The notes under the pieces: generated by a model
Seen by the model: only the letters and a program-made list of their open reading frames with translations
Told to the model about the DNA's origin: nothing
Database searches by the model: none
NCBI GenBank assembly: GCA_035607285.1
Contig: DATNBZ010000069.1
Coordinates: 10,182 to 74,181, forward strand
Reading direction: 5' to 3'
DNA length: 64,000 nucleotides
Source: Blastocatellia bacterium
GTDB lineage: Bacteria; Acidobacteriota; Blastocatellia; UBA7656
Translations under genes and position numbers: made by a program
In this document: positions 59,445 through 64,000 of the stretch, piece after piece
How positions within the stretch are numbered: the stretch's first letter is position 1
Layout of the letters: the number at the start of each line of letters is the position of its first letter

Positions 59445-60068
59445 TCACAGCCTCCTCATCGCAGCAAGTCCCAACCCTGCGCCGATCAGGAATCCTCCTG
59501 CTATTCGATCCGTCAGTATGGAAAACCTTCCCTTGAGCATCAGCCGGCTGCCTCGCTCGGCCGCCCATCCATAAGTCAACAAAACGCAGACTTCTATTCC
59601 GAGCGACACGATTCCCAGCATTGCAAACTGCTCGACCACGCCGCCGTCCGGTGACAGGAACTGAGGCAGAAGCGCGCTGAAGAATACTATCGCCTTTGGG
59701 TTCGACAACTGGGTCACGAGCCCCTCGGAGAAAAGTCTGATCGATGGTTTGGCTTCGATCGAGAGATCCGGATTCGCCGGGCGCTCTTTCGCCAACAACA
59801 TCCTCAGACCGATGAACACCAGGTACGCGGCGCCCGTCCACTTGATTGCCTGGAACAAAGTTGCCGACGACATCAAAAGCGCGCCCAGTCCCAGCGCCGA
59901 AAGGATAAAGTAAATCGCGTTACCGACGAGTATTCCGAGTATGCCCTTCTGGCTGGATTTGAACCCGCTCCTCAGACCTTGCGAAACAACCAACAAGACT
60001 GCAGGATCGGGAGTCAGACAAAGGAGAAATTCCGTAACCGCAAAAACGAGAAGCAATCGTGCTGACAC
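59445..60068 (-). CDS. LysE-family amino acid exporter (GTG start after AGGAGG).
   Basis: LysE/RhtB N-terminal motif LCLTPDPAVLLVVSQG and six hydrophobic segments. Confidence 0.7.
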   Translation of the reverse strand: MSARLLLVFAVTEFLLCLTPDPAVLLVVSQGLRSGFKSSQKGILGILVGNAIYFILSALGLGALLMSSATLFQAIKWTGAAYLVFIGLRMLLAKERPANPDLSIEAKPSIRLFSEGLVTQLSNPKAIVFFSALLPQFLSPDGGVVEQFAMLGIVSLGIEVCVLLTYGWAAERGSRLMLKGRFSILTDRIAGGFLIGAGLGLAAMRRL

Positions 60069-60257
60069 ACAACCTCCTGAGGGTGATCTCCAACAATCGG
60101 CGCGCTTCACGTTCACCCAAGTGGAGAGAATAGTGTGAGAGCTGCTTGTGAATCAACGAACGCCTTGCGGAATGCTTTGCGGAGCGAAACAGGCGCAGCA
60201 AATCTTACGCGCCGGCGGGCGTCATAGCGGACGAAGTGGTGGTTGTTCCGCGATTGG

Positions 60258-60686
60258 TCAGGACTCTTGCAAAACGGGGAGCGCCTCTTTCAAATGCGCC
60301 TGCATTTCTCTGAACGCGAGCCGCAATGTGTGCATTTCAGCTTTGGTATGATGAGCTACGCTAGCGAGACGATCGATTTCGTTATCCACCAGACTGAAGC
60401 GTGCATTAACCTGATCAAAGCGCTCGTCAATCTGAGCAAAGCGCTCGTCAATCTGAGCAAAGCGTTCGTCAATCTGAGCAAAGCGCGCATCAACCTGATC
60501 AAAGCGCGCATCAACTTTCCGTTCAAGGGCATCGATCCGCTCGTCGATCTTTTGCTCAAGCGCGTTGATCCGGTCGTCGATCGTTTTCTCGAGGGCGTTG
60601 ATTCGGTCGTCGATCTTCTCATCGAACGCGCCGATTCTTTCAAGGACTGTTTCGATGGTAGGCCGGGTAGTCATGTCGTCAGTCAT
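60258..60686 (-). CDS. Coiled-coil hypothetical protein built from heptad repeats (DERFAQI x3 and variants), encoded by a 21-bp tandem DNA repeat.
   Basis: The DNA at 60400-60545 has tandem 21-mers (GAGCAAAGCGCTCGTCAATCT-type). The translation is IDDRINALE...DERFAQIDERFAQIDERFAQIDERFDQVNARF. Confidence 0.55.
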   Translation of the reverse strand: MTDDMTTRPTIETVLERIGAFDEKIDDRINALEKTIDDRINALEQKIDERIDALERKVDARFDQVDARFAQIDERFAQIDERFAQIDERFDQVNARFSLVDNEIDRLASVAHHTKAEMHTLRLAFREMQAHLKEALPVLQES

Positions 60687-60820
60687 TTTCCTCTCCTCTA
60701 CCCAGGAAGATCGTTGAAGAGATTAATACACCTGCAAGGTAAAGCCAGTCAATGCCGCGGCACAATATCAACCCGGCTATCACGGGTCCTGTCTAACTAG
60801 ACTCTTGCCTGTAGAGAGGT

Positions 60821-61112
60821 GGGGTGTATTAGAAATCGGACTTGGGTCGCGGCACTTCGAAGCGGCGATCGAGCGTTCCGCTCGGCAACCCCGTAGGGGT
60901 GCGATGTTTATAGTAAATACCGCACGCGGACTTCCGAGCTCCGTTAGGAGCGGCATAAACCTCTAGCGCGCAGAACATTCCACCCCTACGGGTTTGCAAC
61001 CTAGCGATCTCGATACTATAAACATTCTACCCCGACGGGGTTCTATGAATTCTCCAGAGCTTCCATCGACGAGGTGCCCCGTCCACCATAAGTCCTATTC
61101 TTAATCACGCCC
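60821..61112. mobile_element. MITE-like element copy 3, 292 bp. Termini are GGGGTGTATTAGAAATCGGACTT ... AAGTCCTATTCTTAATCACGCCC, and it shares the structured core with copy 2.
   Basis: Termini and core are homologous to 1187-1498 (shared ATCGAGCGTTCCGC.CGGCAACCCCGTAGGGGTGCGATGTTTATAG, CCGTTAG..GCGGCATA, CACCCCTACGGG.TTGCAACCTA, CATTCTACCCC.ACGGGGTTC). Flanks AGAGAGGT and AGAGCGTG form a weak duplication. Confidence 0.5.
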
Positions 61113-61136
61113 AGAGCGTGTCTTGAATTTAGCTGA

Positions 61137-62342
61137 TCAGTTACGCTTACCCGAAATGATTTCTTCCAGAGTTTGCTTCACCTGCTCCAGAGTCGCTCTA
61201 AGGGCCCTCGAGGCTTCGGCGTCATCTCTCATACGTAGCTGACGCTCTCTAACACTTCGTCGACTCACGCCCATGTCCGCGAGCGCGATATTTCTCGCGT
61301 CGTAGAGACCACCTTTCAGACCTTCGTAGAGAACACTCCAGGTTTTTTCATCGAGCGACGGGAACCTGATCTTCAGTAATTCCAGCGCGGATGGTTTGTC
61401 GATCGCTTCGGGTATGAGCCACAACTCGCTCTCTGTTTTGTCAAATGCCTCGACCAGTTCGTTGTCAGAGACGCCCAACGTTTGGTCGATCTTGCGCAAG
61501 ACATGCGGCGCCTGAATCCTCATCCCCTCTGCCTTCGCCAAAATCGGAGCAGCTTGTCTTGCGTCGCCCTCAAACGTGCCATCTTCAAAAACAGCGAAGG
61601 TGATCGTTATGCCGCGTCCTTCAACCATCCCAAGCCGTATCTCGTCGGACGTAGCTCCCGCTGCGATGGCTGGCGTATTTCTTCGCCCTTCGGCTCCAAA
61701 CCCCGTTCTTCCACTCGCGACGTTGAACGCCGAAACGTTTTTGCTTGATGTGTTTTTCAGCCAGAGCCGATAACCCTCAAGGTGCTGCTCGAGTCTTTCA
61801 ACCGCGAGAGCCGTCGTGTTATTGACTATCGGAAACTCTTCACCCGGATTCAACACGCGAGTCTTTGCCACCATTAGCTTCAGCTCGAAAGGCTCTATGC
61901 CAAGCTGAGTCAGTTCAGGCGGACGAATAGATTCTCCCTCGTGAAGCAAGTAAGAGTACGATGCGGTCAGCCTTGGCTTCCTCTCGGTCGACAAGTCGGG
62001 GTTTGAAGAACCATTATGGAATATAAACAGCGTTATCCTGATCGCGTCGCCAACATGTTCAGCCGCCAGCGACACACTCGCGAAGTCGCCGGCGGCGTTT
62101 GCATCGATAACCATCAGTTGCTCGCGGCGAATTTGCGTGGAGCTGTAGCCCCTACTCAACGCGAGCCTGATCGCAGGATTTGTTGTCCCCGTGAGAATGA
62201 TGTCCAACGCCACGTCGTCCTTAGGCAGCCCTGTCTGGGCAACCGCGTTCGTGGAGAAGATGAGCGCCACGAAGAGCAGAACGGCTGGTCTTAAGAACGA
62301 ACCAACTGATGACCGGACTCGAGCGGGGGTTAGGGACGTCAT
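61137..62342 (-). CDS. Secreted hypothetical protein.
   Basis: 401 aa with a signal peptide LLFVALIFSTNAVAQ. No recognisable motif. Confidence 0.5.
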   Translation of the reverse strand: MTSLTPARVRSSVGSFLRPAVLLFVALIFSTNAVAQTGLPKDDVALDIILTGTTNPAIRLALSRGYSSTQIRREQLMVIDANAAGDFASVSLAAEHVGDAIRITLFIFHNGSSNPDLSTERKPRLTASYSYLLHEGESIRPPELTQLGIEPFELKLMVAKTRVLNPGEEFPIVNNTTALAVERLEQHLEGYRLWLKNTSSKNVSAFNVASGRTGFGAEGRRNTPAIAAGATSDEIRLGMVEGRGITITFAVFEDGTFEGDARQAAPILAKAEGMRIQAPHVLRKIDQTLGVSDNELVEAFDKTESELWLIPEAIDKPSALELLKIRFPSLDEKTWSVLYEGLKGGLYDARNIALADMGVSRRSVRERQLRMRDDAEASRALRATLEQVKQTLEEIISGKRN

Positions 62343-62409
62343 GAGTGTCCTCCTTTACAAAACGATGGCACCAATTGTACACCCGAACTGAGCCGCGTTA
62401 GGCATATTT

Positions 62410-63168
62410 CTACAGTGCTCTTATCCACACATTCCGATACCGGATTGGATTCCCATGGTCCTGAAGCCTGAGCGAACCCGGGCCGTGCGCAATGTAATTT
62501 GCCGCACGATCGTGCCAGGTGTTGCCGTAGATCTCGACGTTGTTCTGTATAAGCACTCCATTGTGAAGCACGGTGATTCGCGCGCGCTCGGTGACCTTGC
62601 CTTGCTCATCGAACCGCGGCGCCTTGAAGATGATGTCGTAGCTCTGCCACTCGCCGGGCTTGCGCGAAGCGTTGACCAGCGGAGCGTATTGGTTGTAAAT
62701 CGAACCGGCCTGGCCGTGAAAGTAGGTCTTGTTTTCGAACGAATCCAAAACCTGCACTTCGTAGCGCTCCATCAGAAAGACACCGCTGTTTCCTCGCTCC
62801 TGACCTTCGCCCTTCACGTCGGACGGCGTAGCCCACTCGATGTGTAACTGGCAATCCGTGAACTCCTGCCTGGTTGCGATGTCGCCCATTCCCGGCGCCA
62901 CTTCCACGTAACCGCCTTGCACCTTCCATTTCGCTTCACCATTGCCCGATGCCGCGCGCCACTTCGAGAGGTCCTTGCCGTCAAACAGAACAAGAGCATC
63001 CGACGGGGGATCCCCAACGGACCTTCCCGGCGTAACGACCGCCGGCTCGTGCTTCGGTGGCGGAAACGGTTTCGGCTCTTGCGTGGTTTTCCCTACAAGG
63101 CTGACGGCGGATGCGGCTAAGGCGAGGACTGAAATGCTGATGAGGATTCTAGTTTTCATAAGGATCAT
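62410..63168 (-). CDS. DUF1080-family (3-keto-disaccharide hydrolase-like, LamG jelly-roll) secreted protein.
   Basis: [11 protein letters not shown] ... [18 protein letters not shown] ... [10 protein letters not shown] pattern typical of DUF1080. Confidence 0.65.
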   Translation of the reverse strand: MILMKTRILISISVLALAASAVSLVGKTTQEPKPFPPPKHEPAVVTPGRSVGDPPSDALVLFDGKDLSKWRAASGNGEAKWKVQGGYVEVAPGMGDIATRQEFTDCQLHIEWATPSDVKGEGQERGNSGVFLMERYEVQVLDSFENKTYFHGQAGSIYNQYAPLVNASRKPGEWQSYDIIFKAPRFDEQGKVTERARITVLHNGVLIQNNVEIYGNTWHDRAANYIAHGPGSLRLQDHGNPIRYRNVWIRAL

Positions 63169-63689
63169 TGCTCCGGTTTCTTCTCCATTGTGGGGTTAGT
63201 GTTGTACTCGCGAGACTGGCCTTTGGGTATGCTGATCCAATCCCAATTTCCGCCGCTGAAGATCCGGGCCAAAACCACTATCTGCCCGACATGATATGAA
63301 ACGTGAGCGAGCGATCTGCACAGCGCTTCGTGAACAGTCCATGCCTGGCCCCTGATGTAGACTGTTTGTTGAAGGTGCTCATCGGTCAGCATCGAAAGCT
63401 GCGTCTCGAGTACACGCCAACCTTCCGCCCACATCTTTTCGACATCCTCCGCCTCATATTTCTTATCTTCAAACTCCGAATCCCGGTCCCTCCATGTCTT
63501 CTCACCGTCGGTGGTGAGAAAGTCGGTGAAGCGCGAAAGCAGGTTCCCGCTGATGTGCCTGACGATGACGGCGATCGAATTGTTGTCCGTGCCAATAACC
63601 GCGTTCAGGTTCTCGCCGGGCACCTGGCGGAGCGCCTTTTCGCCGATGGCCCTGTAACGCGCGTACTCGTCCGTGAAGTCCTTCAGCAT
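63165..63689 (-). CDS. DinB/DUF1572-like four-helix-bundle protein (start at MLKDF).
   Basis: His-containing helices (HISGNL ... HVSYHVGQI) suggest a DinB_2-like fold, with an ATGA overlap onto the downstream gene. The assignment is moderate. Confidence 0.45.
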   Translation of the reverse strand: MLKDFTDEYARYRAIGEKALRQVPGENLNAVIGTDNNSIAVIVRHISGNLLSRFTDFLTTDGEKTWRDRDSEFEDKKYEAEDVEKMWAEGWRVLETQLSMLTDEHLQQTVYIRGQAWTVHEALCRSLAHVSYHVGQIVVLARIFSGGNWDWISIPKGQSREYNTNPTMEKKPEQ

Positions 63690-63947
63690 GGATCGTTTTC
63701 TCTTCGCGGATACTATATTCGGAGGTGGCCGATGACAAGAGCGGCCAGCTTGCAGTCCTCGGCGTCCTCCGCGTCCTCTGCGGTTGATTTCCATTAATGA
63801 TCAAGTAGAACCGCCGAGGACGCGGAGGACGCCGAGGAGTACGATTGTGACCGGTCAACAGTCTCTACCCCCTGCCAAACCGAGCCGAAAATTGACGCTC
63901 GCGGAATCCCGGTGTTAGACTCCTGACCTCGATAACAGGAGGCGCAC

Positions 63948-64000
63948 ATGCCGGTAAGTGAGAGACTTCTCGAGATACTTGCCTGTCCGGTTTGCAAGGT
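63948..64000 (+). CDS. Trm112/UPF0434-family small protein; only the N-terminal fragment is present, and the gene continues beyond the window.
   Basis: MPVSERLLEILACPVCK matches the Trm112-like MxxxLLEILVCPxCKG N-terminus. AGGAGG lies upstream. Confidence 0.55.
   Translation, partial: MPVSERLLEILACPVCK

Overview
This is a high-GC window (roughly 60%) from a bacterial chromosome that looks Acidobacteria-like. The phylum guess rests on the ECF sigma gene followed by tandem Ser/Thr kinases with TolB/WD40-type beta-propellers, the many secreted proteins, and the unusual abundance of intergenic palindromes; it is inference only.

Main coding content:
- A fragmented arginine biosynthesis regulon: argH on the plus strand near the start, and on the minus strand argR-argG-(unknown 368 aa)-argC-(VOC protein) and argD-argF-argB. 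The two minus-strand blocks are split by a low-GC two-gene HNH endonuclease cassette.
- An ECF sigma factor co-oriented with two tandem paralogous Ser/Thr kinases of about 1,000 aa each, with kinase, transmembrane and beta-propeller regions.
- A form-II CoxSLM-type molybdenum hydroxylase operon (AYRGAGR motif) with a DUF29 gene inserted between the large and FAD subunits, followed by coxG.
- A low-GC gene encoding a pentapeptide-repeat protein with a C-terminal TIR domain, which is a defence-like candidate.
- An IorAB-like two-subunit Tat-exported molybdoenzyme flanked by two Tat/Sec carboxylesterases and a TetR regulator.
- Housekeeping genes guaB, rho, ribF and mazG, and cell-envelope genes (L,D-transpeptidase, M23 peptidase, BON protein).

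Non-coding content is the most unusual part:
- Three copies of a MITE-like element with 22-24 bp terminal inverted repeats and 8-bp target-site duplications. The duplication is perfect at copy 1; the two larger copies share a structured core.
- At least ten distinct families of intergenic palindromes built from tandem 6-7-mers, occupying nearly every intergenic gap.
- A 1.4-kb non-coding region between the ECF sigma gene and a cytochrome c gene, containing a 4x35-bp tandem repeat, a roughly 300-nt highly self-complementary segment, and arrays of identical hairpins.

There is one probable pseudogene, a transglutaminase-like gene with two frameshifts. All product calls come from reading motifs in the translations; no database search was possible.
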